Shown here in pieces: positions 1 to 12,785 of a stretch of 64,000 nt of DNA. How positions within the stretch are numbered: position 1 is the first letter of the stretch; the number at the start of each line of letters is the position of its first letter. Source of the DNA: Octopus vulgaris (taxonomy: Eukaryota); assembly GCA_951406725.2 (NCBI GenBank), contig OX597839.1, positions 9,734,001-9,798,000 of the forward strand, in the 5' to 3' direction. A program made the position numbers and the translations under genes. Below the pieces are notes generated by a model. That model did not search any database. It was not told where the DNA came from and saw only the letters and a list, made by a program, of their open reading frames with translations.

Positions 1-15
1 ACGATGATGATGATA

Positions 16-128
16 AGCCACTCTACCTAGCATTTGTTGATTTGGAGAAGGCCTTTGACAAGGTACCATACTCTGTAGTCTGGTGGTCGTTAAGAAAACT
101 AGGTACAGATGAATGGTTTTTGAGAACT
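16..128 (+). mobile_element. RTE-clade LINE reverse transcriptase fragment
   Basis: Translates KPLYLAFVDLEKAFDKVPYSVVWWSLRKLGTDEW, a non-LTR RT motif (D-x-x-KAFD). The same segment recurs at about 32210 and 38850. Confidence 0.85.
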
Positions 129-365
129 TTGGCAAACTTCTTGTTTTCATTTTACCTCTGCGCTAAGCAAACCCTTTATCTATCTTTACAAGAACAATTT
201 TTAATTTTATGGTTTTATCTTTTTCACTATTCTGCCACTATGTCACCTTCCCTTTAGCTAGAATCTTGCTCCGTCCAGACATCTCGTCAGTGGCTTCCAG
301 AAGGTTCTCGTATAGAAATTTCTAGTTATCTCCTGATGTAAGTCTCTGTAAACATGTATGTCTGT

Positions 366-410
<45 letters not shown>

Positions 411-432
411 GGTTTGGAGATGATGTACAGGT

Positions 433-835
433 ATTATATATTAGAAGAAATGAGGTACTCAGAAATCTGGATGGTTTTATATTTACAGATATTTATTAGT
501 ATGTTACATGTTTTTATAAATCATATATCATATATTAGCGCTTTCGTTCACTCTAGTGGAGTTTTCAAATTGAACTTTTGCAGGAATTTTGTCTCTTTGA
601 GATACTTGTATTATTGAATGTGTAGGGGTGGGGAGAGATAAGATAGTACAAGAGGGTGAGGAATGGGGAGAAAATGAGACAAAATTCCTGAAAAAGTTCA
701 ATTTGAAAACTCTACTAGAGTGGATGAAGGCGCTAATATATGATATATGATTTATAAAAACATGTAACATACTAATTATCTGTATATATAAATCCAACCA
801 GATTTCTCTGTATCTCATTTCTTCTAATATATATA
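433..835. repeat. Imperfect fold-back (arms of about 165 bp) between (TA)n tracts
   Basis: 433-597 (attatatattagaagaaatgag...gaattttgtctc) is the reverse complement of about 676-835 (gagacaaaattcc...ctcatttcttctaatat). Confidence 0.85.
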
Positions 836-840
836 TATAT

Positions 841-1062
841 CATCATAATCATCCGTTTCCCATGCTAGCATGGTTTGGACGGTTCGACCGGGGTTTGATA
901 AACCATGGAGCCTGCACCAGGCTCTAGTCTGATTTGGCAGTGTTTCTATAGCTGGATGCCCTTCCTAACGCCAACCACTCCGTGAGTGTAGTGGGTGCTT
1001 TTACGTGCCACCGGCATAGGGGTCAGAGGAGGCTGGCAAACGGCCACGATCAGTTGGTGCTT
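841..1062 (-). mobile_element. RTE 3'-UTR-derived short repeat with (GAT)n tail (here 'family D')
   Basis: catcat...ttcccatgctagcatgg...ggatgcccttcctaacgccaaccac motif. It recurs many times in the window and is contiguous with an RTE ORF end at 7325-8015. Confidence 0.8.
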
Positions 1063-1080
1063 ATATATATATATATATAT

Positions 1081-1200
1081 ATATGGTGAGAAGTAAACAA
1101 CAAACAGATGTATTAATTTAACGCTTGGGAAGTAAGAAAGTCTTTTACATTCGAGCCTACACTCTTCGACAGAAAGGAACACAGAAATATACAGGGAGAG
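1081..1200 (-). mobile_element. Penelope-like pseudo-LTR fragment with degenerate hammerhead motif (1142-1176)
   Basis: Minus strand reads cttt-CTGTCGA-a-gagtgtaggctc-GAATGTA-aaag. Same family as 44521-44724; next to (TA)n. Confidence 0.55.
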
Positions 1201-1252
1201 AAAATATATGCGTGCATGTGTGTGTGGACAAACTGCAAAATTGCTGACTTAC

Positions 1253-1429
1253 CTTTTCTGAATAAATGGACAATGGTACCATGGGATTGACTACAATCAT
1301 AGTGGGTCCTGAATAACTGTGAACAAGGGTGCTTCCATACCGTTGTCGGATAACATGAAGAAGGCTGGATTCATTGAGGTAACGAAGCATTGTTAAATCT
1401 TCTGTCTTGTCAAACTGTGGAGGATTTGA
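1253..1429 (-). CDS. MYO18A: Myosin-XVIII coding exon (start of motor domain)
   Basis: 177 nt, phase 0/0, bounded by ttttccttcag| and |gtaagt. SNPPQFDKTEDLTMLRYLNESSLLHVIRQRYGSTLVHSYSGPTMIVVNPMVPLSIYSEK matches the MYO18A segment ([33 protein letters not shown]...YSEK). Confidence 0.95.
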
Positions 1430-1608
1430 CTGAAGGAAAAACAAAGATTTGACATTAGTCATTGAGAAAGATCAAATTATGGAAAAACTGCAGATTTAGG
1501 GAGTCAAACTGTGCTGGATTAAAATGGGGGACACACAGAAATTATCCATGACAGAAGGTTTAACTATAGAAACATAGCAGAATTAGATAGATTTCACTGT
1601 CAAGGAAA

Positions 1609-1790
1609 ATGGGTGAGAAAAAAAACCCAGCGTCTACTTACTCCCTCCACAACACTAATCTCAAAAAGTCTTCTTGTGAACATGACCTGGGCATTATTGT
1701 CAACAGCGATTTGCATTGGACAAAACACATTACTAAAATTACCAAGAACGCTGAGGGTGTCTTGGCATCACTTATCAAGTCCTTACCAAA
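1609..1790 (+). mobile_element. CR1/Jockey-group LINE RT C-terminal fragment
   Basis: YSLHNTNLKKSSCEHDLGIIVNSDLHWTKHITKI has the characteristic 'EKDLGV..D..L.W..HI' motif. Confidence 0.8.
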
Positions 1791-1940
1791 CAAATGCACA
1801 ACATGCAACAGAAAATGAGGATGAGATACACGCAAACCTAAATCTGCAGTCGTAGTCTCACTCTGGTTCAGATTCGAAACCAAATCTTTCAATTCTCCTT
1901 GGGCATAAGGCCTGTTCAAATGTCAAAAGAAAACATGACA

Positions 1941-2590
1941 AATGGATCTTCCACTTCACCTGTGCCTTTCTTAGTGCCATTGCACAGTCACCTGGATTCC
2001 TTAAAGCTAACCTTCTATATGATATAGCTATTCTTCTGGCTTCATTCAAGATATACTACCTAATGACAACAGGAACAGTGACAAGTGGATGTTCCACTTG
2101 ATCTGTAGCCTTTTCAGTGCTATCGCAGCCACCTGGATTCCGTAAAGCTATTCTTCTATATGATATACCCATTTTTCAAGCTTCTCAGTTCTGATATGAG
2201 CATTAATAGAAGTCAGGGCCAAACACTAAAAGTTGCTGGATTGCAACTTGAAAAACAAACAGAAGTTCATATATGAAATCCATCTCTTTTCTACTTCAAT
2301 TTTAACGTTTTTCTCTTATATAATGCACACATACAGGACAAGTAAACCTAAATCTGACTGATAGGGCACAGCATTTGTAATTTCATTTTACTATCACTTA
2401 CTGATATTCCTAATCAAAAAAATGTCTCCTACAAAAATGAACACCAAACAAACACACAATGTGCAATGCTTTTTCTATATGAACAGTGATGTTCCACTTG
2501 ACCTGCAGCCTTTTCAGTGCCATCGCAGTCAAATAGATTCCGTAAAGCTATTCTTCTATATGATATACCCATTTATCTAGCTTCTTGGCT
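1941..2590. repeat. Three diverged local copies of an approximately 100-bp unit
   Basis: ttccactt...gattcc(g/t)taaagcta...ttctatatgatata at about 1941-2045, 2086-2187 and 2486-2587. Confidence 0.8.
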
Positions 2591-2638
2591 GAGAAACAGT
2601 AAAATTAATTAGCTGATCAATGACGGGTATTACTGCTA

Positions 2639-2673
<35 letters not shown>

Positions 2674-3349
2674 AAAGTAAGATAGGGGTTATGAAAGTAA
2701 CCCACTATGGGATATCAGTTATCCAATATACTGCTGGTAAGGTACCCAAATACTAAATACATAAATGCTTATAATTGCAATGCAATTAATTCATTTATTG
2801 TATTGAATGGGTGAAGGTAAAAAATATTTTACTGTAAATTCATAATACAAATAAGAAAATGGAGGAACAAATTCATTTCGATCATCAACTTACGGATATT
2901 ATAATGAGAAGATATTTAAGTCCTTGATAGAGACCAAGGTAAATTGAACAACATGTATAACAGTTGAACATTTTTAATTTTACAAATTTTCCATTTCTAA
3001 AATATAATCTGGTTTCGTCTAACTGATTGATCTCTGTCATACCAAGATCTAAATCTTGACCACATTTGAAAGTATTGCACTAGTATGACATTAGCTACAA
3101 TGGCTAAAACAAGCTCAAGGATGAAGCCCCTTTTGGATATTTTTTAAACAACTGGTCCCAGATCCTACTGCCCCTAACAGTAGATATGTTACTCCTTTCT
3201 CTCTCAAATTAGTCCTTATAAAGTTAATGTTAGTTTTACATTAGAATCTTATCTGTTAATTAATTATTTGAAGTCTTCTACTGTTATACCGCAACTGATC
3301 TTTAAAAAAGTTTCTAATATCAATGATGTAATAAAAACAATTTCTTTAC

Positions 3350-3547
3350 CTTCTCGATGTCTTCTTCATCCACTTCAATAACCTCTCCACCATGATCCAT
3401 TTTGACCTTGACTTTTCCATCAGGGAGGGGCGACATACCATTAGTTTTTAAAAGTGTGGCACCAGAAAATCCACCCTTATGGATCAGCCATATCTTATCC
3501 GACTCCAACCAAGCTTTCTCAGTTTTAACATCTTCTTCAGATTTTGT
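3350..3547 (-). CDS. MYO18A: Myosin-XVIII coding exon (N-terminal SH3-like region)
   Basis: 198 nt, phase 0/0, bounded by tttcag| and |gtaaag. TKSEEDVKTEKAWLESDKIWLIHKGGFSGATLLK...LPDGKVKVKMDHGGEVIEVDEEDIEK matches MYO18A ([27 protein letters not shown]...LPEGKVRVKLDHDG..LDVDEDDVEK). It joins 1429-1253 in frame. Confidence 0.95.
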
Positions 3548-4273
3548 CTGAAATTCAATTTGAAAATATTAAGATTATACAATATTTTTATGCAAGGAAT
3601 AGGTGTTTTTTTTTTACTTGTATTTTTTTTCTGTGTGTGTGTGTATGTGTGTGCAAAGTCATTTTCAGTATTAAATACACAGTAAATTATTTAAAAAAAC
3701 AAAAAATTTTAAATTTTATAAACACAAAATATTCTTTCAGATGAGTTGTTATTAATAAAAGCTTGCATTTTCCAGACTTTTAACCTCAACTTTATGTTGT
3801 TTATAATATTTCATCTGAAATCATCATGAGGTATCTTATTCCTGAATGTGTATTGTCCTAGATGAGATTCAAACCAAGAACCTTTATTTCTAAATGGAGG
3901 GAAACATGTCTCCTTATCAACTATTGTATGCACCTGTATCCTGATGGTTAACATTGTCATTAAGGATAAAGATTCCAAATAAGACACCTAGTGACAGAAA
4001 CTCTAAGTAATTGAAATATTGGATAGGTGTAAAAAAAAAAATATTTTAAATATTTTCACATCATACTGTGATATACACTGTAGATGTTGCACACACCCTA
4101 AATGTTGTGAATACACATTATAACAATTGTAAATAAACACTCTAGACATGTTGTAAGTACTGTATGTGTGTGTGTGTGCATGCGTGTGCGCACACACACA
4201 CATATGTACATGCAATATTCTATGTATACACTGTCAGGGTTATATTAATAGCAAAGAAAATAATAATCGAATA

Positions 4274-4503
4274 AGGCAGCGAGCTGGCAGAACCGTTAGC
4301 ATGCCAGGCAAAATGCTTAGTGGTATTTCGTCTGCCGCTACGTTCTGAGTTCAAATTCCGCCGAGGTCGACTTTGCCTTTCGTCCTTTCGGGGTCGATAA
4401 ATTAAGTACCAGTTACACACTGGGGTCGACATAATCAACTAAATCCATTTGTCTGCCCTTGTTTGTCCCCTCTGTGTGTAGCCCCTTGTGGGGAGTAAAG
4501 AAA
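4274..4503 (+). mobile_element. tRNA-derived SINE, 'family A', with target-site duplication
   Basis: ggcagcgagctggcagaa...gagttcaaattcc (B-box-like)...gtaaagaaat, flanked by the direct repeat aagaaaataataatc. Confidence 0.85.
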
Positions 4504-4759
4504 TAAGAAAATAATAATCAAACCATTCTACTTTCAATATTTAGTGAACAAAAATAAAGAAATCCTAAATTTTAAAAAGATTCATAGAGAACCATTTGTT
4601 ACTGGTCACATAATTAATGTAACCTAGCAAAAAGGACCACAGTCATTGGTTCACCAATGTATATAAACTGGTCACATAATCAACATGAGTAATTTGTTGG
4701 TGTCAAGGTCAGTTTTCAGAATTGCAAACAACTTGGGACACAAAACTCTGCTTGCGAAG

Positions 4760-5101
4760 ACCTGTTGAGGGAATTGAAATCGAAATCGCTCAAAAGTCAA
4801 TGGAAATTGTAGTTGTGATACCAGTGGCGGTGGCATGTAAAAGAACCATCCGAACGTGGCTGTTGCCAGCGCCACCCCGACTGGCACCAACTGATCGTGG
4901 CCGTTGCCAGCCTCGCCTGGCACATGAAAAGTACCCACTACACTCATGGAGTGGCTGGCGTTAGGAAGGGCATCCAGCTGTAGAAACACTGCCAGATCAG
5001 ACTGGGCCTGGTGCAGCCTCCTGGCTTCCCAGACCCCAGTCGAACCGTCCAACCCATGCTAGCATGGAAAGCAGGCATTAAACGATGATGATGATGATGA
5101 T
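4760..5101 (+). mobile_element. RTE 3'-UTR-derived repeat (family D)
   Basis: Reverse complement of the 7325-7680 segment; ends in (gat)n. Confidence 0.8.
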
Positions 5102-5409
5102 GGCATCCTCATAAGCAAAGCAATATTGAACACCAACTCAGTTTTGAAATACTGTCTTATTCACTAGATATCCAATAAAATGGGACCACAACACAATGGA
5201 AGCCAGTGAGGGAATATGCACATGTGCATTTGACCTACTAGATATAGAAGGTAAATTTCCTCAAATTACACCATATTGACTAAAATAAATAAATATACAA
5301 ATAACACAAATGGTCAGAGATGGAATGCTTCTGATTATAAGTCTACTTTCAAGATCAGTCTATTTCTGATTTTTGTACATTTATCCATGGTCTACATGAA
5401 TATTATATA

Positions 5410-5775
5410 TCTCTCTATATATAAACAGCAAAATGTCTGTGTGTGTGTGTCCTTTATACAAATCCACAATTTTTCAGTTAGAGGGCTCGCACTTTCTATG
5501 GTCATTCAAAACCGTTCAAGGGTGGTCGTGCACATCTTTACATTTCCCCAGTCACCCCGCAAAGCCATTAAAAAATCAAAAGAAGTGACTTTTTTGTGAA
5601 TTTTCTATCCAAAACCCAATCAAAATGCCCAAAACTTGATATGCCAATTGAAAGCTTGCTAGCTGTATGTGATTGGTCGGAGATTTGGACAGTACTCACG
5701 TGTATGTGCGCATGCACGCAGCTGTATATGCATGCACTAGCACTATGATCCGGCGTTGCCGAGTCATAGTGCTAG
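5410..5775 (+). mobile_element. Non-autonomous Helitron-like element
   Basis: 5' TC start (tctctctatatataaacagc), subterminal hairpin and CTAG end, inserted between A and T with no TSD. Confidence 0.65.
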
Positions 5776-6879
5776 TGTTACATATAAAAATATACTCCTT
5801 ATGTATGTAAAAGTTTAACAAAAGACTACCTAAAAGCCATCAACTGTTCAATAGTCCACAAATAGTTTAAATTTGAAAAACTTTTTAGGAAAGGCCAAAA
5901 GCTCATAAGGAATACCTCAGTAACCCAATTCCAGCATACTCAATCAAAAGTCAAACAGAAACTAAACAACATTAAAATAATGATTTTTGTCTGTAAATTA
6001 CTCCAATATCTTTATAAAACTGAACTGATTGGGCAAGTAGTAATAGCTGTCGAGTAGCATTTTAAAACCTAGATGTTTATAGGAAAATCTCTATCTTCAC
6101 CAAATCGTGAAAATGGTGGAGCAAAAGAATGTGAGTGGAAAAGCCAGATAACCTGAATAAATGAGATTAAGAAAGATAGACAGCCTGAATAAATGAGATT
6201 AACAAGCAATGTCTGATAGAAGCAAATTTGACTGGAATTAAGGTGAATCCTGCTATATCTCTTAGCTAGATATTTTCTCTTATCTGTTAACATCACAAGA
6301 ATGAATAAGCAACAAAAGATATTAGAGATACTGCGTGGCAGGGAGAAATCTTTCAGTGTTTTATTTAATTTAAATATTTCAAAATATTTCTCATGCATCA
6401 AATTACCTCGCAAAGCACAAACGACTTTACAACCATCGTTACCACACCACCACAATTTGATAATTTAGGATATGGAAGGAATAGATAATATAGTCCTAGA
6501 TACACTATGCCTGAATAGGAGATGGGCCGGTGACTTGGATCAAAGATTTATATCTTTGATCAGAGGCCAACTCTATTATGATTGACACGGGGTTAAATCA
6601 ACATCAACAACACAGAAGGGTCCATTCGATAATGTTGTCCACTCATAGCTGTGTTGATGGTTCAGAACTATCCCTGGGTTACATAACTACAACAGAGAAT
6701 GAAAGGAACATTAAATAATGTAGTTCTAGATACATTGTCTGAATAAAAGATGAGTGGTCATGGCTGGATCAAGACTGTCCTTGAGCTAAATAACAAAAAC
6801 TAATAATAAATGACAAAATCTCAAGGTGAACAAAAATGTCATCAATATATAGAACAAAGGATGTCTGTGTATAATACTA

Positions 6880-7265
6880 ATAATAATAATTGTGTACAGT
6901 GCTCAGGTGCACTACAACTCATCTAAAGTGTATATATAATCAGGTGTAGTTTCGACGGATTTCGGGAAGCATGAGGGCCTTAAAGGATGCAGTGTCATGG
7001 CAGTCAACAACTGATGCAGGCAGTTTATTCCACGCTTCAGCAACCCTGAGCGTGAAAAAATGTTTCCGAAAGTCATGGGAGCTGTGCTGTTTTCTGACTT
7101 TGTAGGCATGTCCACGTGTGTTAGACACATGGAGATCAAAAAGGTGTTCAGTGTTGTTGTTGGTGAGGTGGTTGATAACCTTGTGGGTGTTTACCAAGTC
7201 CGTCGCCAGACGCCGGAGCTTCAGTGAATCCATGCCCAGGGAAACAAGGCGCTCAAGGCGTATGT
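6880..7265 (-). mobile_element. CR1-type LINE 3' end
   Basis: LERLVSLGMDSLKLRRL...NTRGHAYKVRKQ...RKHFFTLRVAEAWNKLP is a typical CR1 ORF2 C-terminus, followed by a short 3'UTR and (att)n tail. Confidence 0.85.
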
Positions 7266-7324
7266 GTGTCTGTAGTACATATGCATTTCTACAGCTTTCA
7301 ACCAATTTTCAAACTTTACACATA

Positions 7325-8015
7325 TCATCATCATCATCGTTTAGCATCCGCTTTCCATGCTGGCATGGGTTGGACAGTTCAACTGGGGTCTGGGAAGCCA
7401 GAAGGCTGCACCAGGCCCAGTCTGATCTGGCAGTGTTTCTACGGCTGGATGCCCTTCCTAACGCCAACCACTCCATGAGTGTAGTGAGTGATTTTTACGT
7501 GCCAGACGAGGCTGGCAAACGGCCATGATCAGATGGTGCTTTTTACATGCCACTGGCTCGGAGGCCAGTCGGGGCGGCGCTGGCAACGGGCACGTTCGGA
7601 TGGCTCTCATATGTGCCACCGGCACTGGTATCACAGGTACAATTTCCATTGATGTTGATCGATTTCAATTTTGATTTTCACTTGCCTTAACAGGTCTTCA
7701 AAAGTAGAGTTTTGTGTCCCAAGAAGGAAAGGTATGCATAAGTGGACTGGCATAGGTGGACTGGCTACATCCCAGGTAGAGGCCACGGGTTATGGTCTCA
7801 CTTGTCCTGCTGGGTCTTCTCACACACAGCATACTCCCAAAGGTCTCGGTCTCTAGTCATTTCCTCGGTGAGACCTAAAGTTCGAAGGTCGTGCTTCACC
7901 ACCTCGTCCCAGGTTTTCCTGGGTCTACCTCTTCCACAGTTTCCCTCAACCGCTAGGGTGTGGCACTTTTTCACACAACTATCTTCATCCATTCTCGCCA
8001 CATGACCATACCAGC
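7325..8015 (-). mobile_element. RTE LINE 3' end (ORF C-terminus plus 3'UTR)
   Basis: WYGHVARMDEDSCVKKC...RGRGRPRKTW-like motif ...DRDLW, followed by the family-D UTR and (gat)n tail. Confidence 0.9.
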
Positions 8016-8481
8016 ACAAACGTATGTGAGTATATTACTTACATGCCAAGGATGGTCATGCACTATAACATTTTGCCCAGAATTCCCATGTAAAACAAAA
8101 AACCCAGGAAAAAATGTTTTTTTACATGGCTTTTTCTCTAAAAGCTTCTGCAATTTTCAACCAATTCTCTCCCTTCTCTCTCTTTTCCTCATTCTGTTTC
8201 TTTTGCTTACACATATTCTCTCTTTTATACTATGTCTGTTTCTTTCACTCTGTCTTTCTCTTTAATTCACTCACACACAAATTTCTGTCTACAAATTCAC
8301 TTCTGTGTATTTCAATTAGTCATGCATAAAATTCTCTGTTGCTATGGTTTTTGTACATTCTTCCTGAAAAATAATTTAGTTATTTTACATTTTTGTTCAC
8401 CCAGTGTGTTTAAATTCAGTTTTGCCACATCTACCTAAAAACTAACTTCAGTCTATTTCAATTTTGTCGTGCATAAATATC

Positions 8482-8713
8482 TATTTCTTTACTACCCACA
8501 AGGGGCTAAACACAGAAGGGACAAACAAGGACAGACAAACGGACTAAGTCGATTATATTGACTCCAGTGTGTAACTGGTACTTAATTTATCGAGCCCGAA
8601 AGCACAAAAGGCAAAGTCAACCTCGGCGGAATTTGAACTCAGAACGTAGCGGCAGACGAAATACTGCTAAGCATTTTGCCCGGCGTGCTAACGTTTCTGC
8701 CAGCTCGCCACCT
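8482..8713 (-). mobile_element. SINE family A
   Basis: Full-length copy flanked by the direct repeat aaatatct. Confidence 0.85.
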
Positions 8714-9307
8714 TTCAAATATCTTTGCCTTTACAGTATTTGTACATTGTCCCAAAAACATAACTTCACCTGTTTTAAATTTTTTGCACTCCATCTATTT
8801 AAATACACTATATTTCTCCCTCTATCAAAAAACACTGTGCGTGTGGTCGTGCATGCGTACGTATGACCGCTATGGGCCACATACAGCCAATAAGCCTCTA
8901 TTACTAACCAATGAGATTTCAACCACGCCACTGAGCAGTCATGCATTAGAAAAAGCTATCCTAAAGTGACTCAAATTTTTTCACTCAAGCTATTTTCTTC
9001 TAGAGCTTTATGCGCTCAAACGGAGTTAGTAAGTTCTGTCTATAAATTGACTTCCTTGTATGTAAATTAGTTGTGTATAAAAATCTCTCGTTACAGTTTT
9101 TGTATGTTCGCCCTGCAAAATAATTTAGTTATTTTTCATTTTTGTTCACACATATGCCTAAAAATTGACTTCAGTGTTGTTGTATGTAAATATCTTTGTC
9201 TTCATGGTATTTGTACGTTCTCCCAACAAAGGATGTCTGTGCGTCTTCATACCATTATTCCATTGGGAGTGGAAATTCCCTTTACTTTCAGGCAGTTGCA
9301 ATTTCCT

Positions 9308-9515
9308 CTCTTTTTACTCTTTTACTTGTTTCAGTCATTTGACTGTGGCCATGCTGAAGCACCGCCTTTAGTCGAGCATATCAATCCCAGGACTTATTCT
9401 TTGTAAGCCTAGTACTTATTCTATCGGTCTCTTTTGTCGAACTGCTAAGTTACAGGGATGTAAACACACCAGAATCAGTTGTCAAGTGATGTTGGGTGGA
9501 CAAACACAGACTTAC

Positions 9516-9549
<34 letters not shown>

Positions 9550-9702
9550 GACGGGCTTCTTTCAGTTTCCATCTACCAGATCCACTCACAAGGCTTTGGT
9601 CGGTCCAAGGCTATAGCAGAAGACACTTGCCCAAGGTGCCACACAGTGGGACTGAACCCGGAACCATGTGGTTGGTAAGCAAGCTACTTACAACACAGCC
9701 CC
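9308..9702 (-). mobile_element. tRNA-derived SINE, 'family B' (internal microsatellite, gtaaaagagtaaa tail)
   Basis: Reverse complement of the copies at 27585-28005 and 49662-50062. Confidence 0.85.
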
Positions 9703-9959
9703 ATGTAAGTTTTGAAATGTCGATTAACAAATCGCAGGGGCAAATACTCTGGGGAAGGACATCAACTGGAGGAGTCGTGTTTCTAACATGAGAAATTGCA
9801 TGTTGGCTGCTCCAGAGTGGGGACCAAAAACAATCTATTTGCATTTTCCTCACAAGGTAAAACAAAAAATATTGTCTATAGAGAGTTTCGGTAGGCTTTT
9901 GTATGTACCTACCAGCGCGCATCTTTCAGACTACTTGCTCCAATAAGCTCACAATTTGT

Positions 9960-10478
9960 GTAAATGCCAAAAGGAAGTGGTTACGAAGAAAGACTGGTTA
10001 AGATGTTGATGAGAGCTTACAGGATCCATCCCAGTCAATAGGAGGGTTTCCAGGATCTGAAAACCTCTGATAACTAGGTATGTGGGACATACTGGGAGGC
10101 CTGCTTCAAGCATGGGTCATCAGAAGATGAGGCACAGTGGGATGCAACACTGGGAGAGGCTGCTGCATCAAAGTCCCAGCCTTGGGAGACTTTACACGGT
10201 CCATCACAGTCAACAGGAGGGTTTCAGTCTTTTACTGCACGGGGCCTGAGGACCATGTTTCCACAAGCTGAAAACCTTTGATGGTGAGATATGTGGAACA
10301 TACCGGGAGGCCTGCTTCAAGAGTGGGTTGCTAGAAGATGGGGGCACAGTGTCATGCAACACTGGCAAAGGCTGCTGTATCAAAGTCCCCCAAAAGTCTC
10401 AGGGCATTGTTTGCAGTGACATTGCAAACATGTATGTTATGTGATCCCAGTTCTTTGTAGTTCAAGTACAGGGATGAG
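9960..10478 (+). pseudogene. Helitron Rep/helicase linker fragment, internally duplicated
   Basis: YTVHHSQQEGF ... FHKLKTFDGEICGTYREACFKSGLLEDGAQCHATLAKAAVSKSPKSLRALFAVTLQTC matches the recalled RepHel motif 'SF.DL.TV.G....TYREAC..LGLLEDD..W...L.EA......LR.LFA'. Contains stops and frameshifts. Confidence 0.85.
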
Positions 10479-12554
10479 GAAAAGGAGAGGACGTCTTCAT
10501 ACCAAGGATTCCCCTTATCCCACTGGGAGTAGAAATCCCCTTTACTTTCAGGCGTTGCAATTTCCTGTTTGTGTAAGTTTTGTGATGTTGAGCAACAAAT
10601 CACGGGGACAAACACTCTCTGTGGCAGGACTTCACCTGGAGGACTCGTTAGTAGTGCTGCCAAAGTTGATATGTTTTTCCAAAAGAATTGACTTTATTGT
10701 ACATTTTAGAGATTTTAAATTTCAATATTCTTTCTTTTTCATATGTATTTTCATAATTTTCAAGTCATTATACACCCATATATTTCAAATTTTCACAGAA
10801 AAACAGATATTTTTACTCTTTTTTTGTGGTTGTGACATATTTCAAAAATATTTTGTATGTTTCTTTGAATGCTGGTGTGTTTTGGCATGGAATACTATAT
10901 GTTTTTCAAAAAAGCTTCAGCAGTGCTGGTCATTAGACTAGAAAATAAGTGTTCTTAGAATGATGAAGCGTTCACACACCAAGCAACACCGGGTATCTCT
11001 GCTAGTAGTAAATAAAAAAGTGAAAAAGCAAGAGCTGAATATAACATTTATTAAGAGGAGATAAACATGTTCAGTCAGAAAACAAAGTTTTATTCTTTAT
11101 TCTAACAACAACCCAGTAGACCCACTTCTATGATAATCATGTACTTTAGCTCTTAGTTTAATAATTCATACGATAAAGTCAAGCAGATATAAATCATGTT
11201 TATAGTTTAATTGATGGCAATAGCAGTGGTAAGAAAACTATGGGGATGAAAGCAGATGGAGTGGGTGGGACGACTGACTTTTTCTAGATGTTAATCAAGT
11301 ACCACAGCAACAAATTGTAGTAATCTATGTAATCTACAACCTATTTAACTGTCTAGCAAGGAGAAGGCTGGCCTCCAGTGTGATGTAAAATAATAATTAA
11401 ACACTTTTGGTTAATAAATGGAAAGCTATAAAACATGTCAATAACTGAGATTCATCAACCAGCTACAAAGCTTTTGATGTAAAGATAAACAACCTGTTTG
11501 ATAATAAGGAGGACAATTTATACATAAATACTCTGTCTTCAAAATAGGGACCACACCAACCAGTGAAAAAGACCCTTATGTAGCATTTTACCTCCCTTAA
11601 ACTCCCTGCTTCTAGTTTTAAGATAGAGACTACATTAACAAGTTCCCAACTGCTGGTTTTAAGACAGGGACCACAACTAATGAGGAAGTCCCTATATTTC
11701 ACTATATCTGTTCAATATACTACTAGCTAAGTGTTACTAAAAAAAGCTGCCCAATATTTTTTCAAGGAGCCAGTTGATATACTCTTGTAACATTCAACTA
11801 TCCCTCAATATGCTCCCTATTATCATTAGAATAGGGGCAAGCTGAACCAGAGAGATTCAAATTAATTGCTTCCTCCATTGAGTCATATCTCTCAAGGAAT
11901 TCTCCTTTGTTCATTGCAAATAGGGACCACCGAAGTCATGGTTCTTTACTGGTTCTTTATTTTAACCCCTGAAGGATAAAAGGCGAAGCTGACCTCAGTG
12001 GGATTTGAACTCAGAACATAAGGCCTTTATTTGACACACTAACAATCCTGCCAATTCATGTTGTGTGCACGTGTATATTTGCGTGTGTGCATAAATAGAT
12101 AGATAAATTTCATCATCACCATTTTAATGACCAGTTTTTCAATACTTGCATAGACCAGGCTGAATTTACTAAGACAGACTATCTATGGTTGGATAACTCC
12201 TTGGTGCTAACCCTCACCTGTTTCCAAACATGGCCAGACATGCTTTTCATGTAAGACTAGAAACAAACAACATGATCAGCATTTAACATCCGTTTTCCGT
12301 TCTAACATGGGTTGGACTGTTCGACAGGAGCTGGTCAGCTGAAGAGCTGCCTGGACATCATGTCTGTTTTAAGCATGGTTTCTACACCTCGATGCCCTTC
12401 CTAATGGCAACCACTTTACAGAGTGAACTGGATGCTTTTACGCAGCACCAGCACAAATGCTATTATGTGACACTGTTACAGGTGCTTTTTATGTGGCACC
12501 TGCAAGCCCACAAGATTAGGAACACTCAGCTGAAGAGGGATACAGGCGACATAC

Positions 12555-12785
12555 CTATTTCTTTACTACCCACAAAGGGCAAAACACAGAGAGGACAAAC
12601 AAGGACAGACAAACGGATTAAGTCGATTATATCGACCCCAGTGCGTAACTGGTACTTAATTTATCGACCCCGAAAGGATGAAAGGCAAAGTTGACCTTGG
12701 CAGAATTTGAACTCAGAACGTAACGGCAGATGAAATAGGCTACGCATTTCGCCCAGGGTGATAACGTTTCTGCCAGCTCGCCGCC
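12555..12785 (-). mobile_element. SINE family A inserted in an RTE 3'UTR remnant
   Basis: Full copy with flanking repeat gacatacct. Confidence 0.85.

Larger units (their letters stand above)
8020..11005 (+). mobile_element. Degenerate Helitron with RepHel remnant and nested SINEs
   Basis: 3' terminus caagcaacaccgggtatctctgCTAG|t at 11005, RepHel-like peptide at about 9960-10480 and internal duplications. The 5' boundary is uncertain. Confidence 0.65.

Noticed and set aside
2486-2593. Possible C/D box snoRNA (gtgatgt...ctga)
   Set aside because: Imperfect C box, no terminal stem, antisense to the host gene, and boxes not kept in all three copies.
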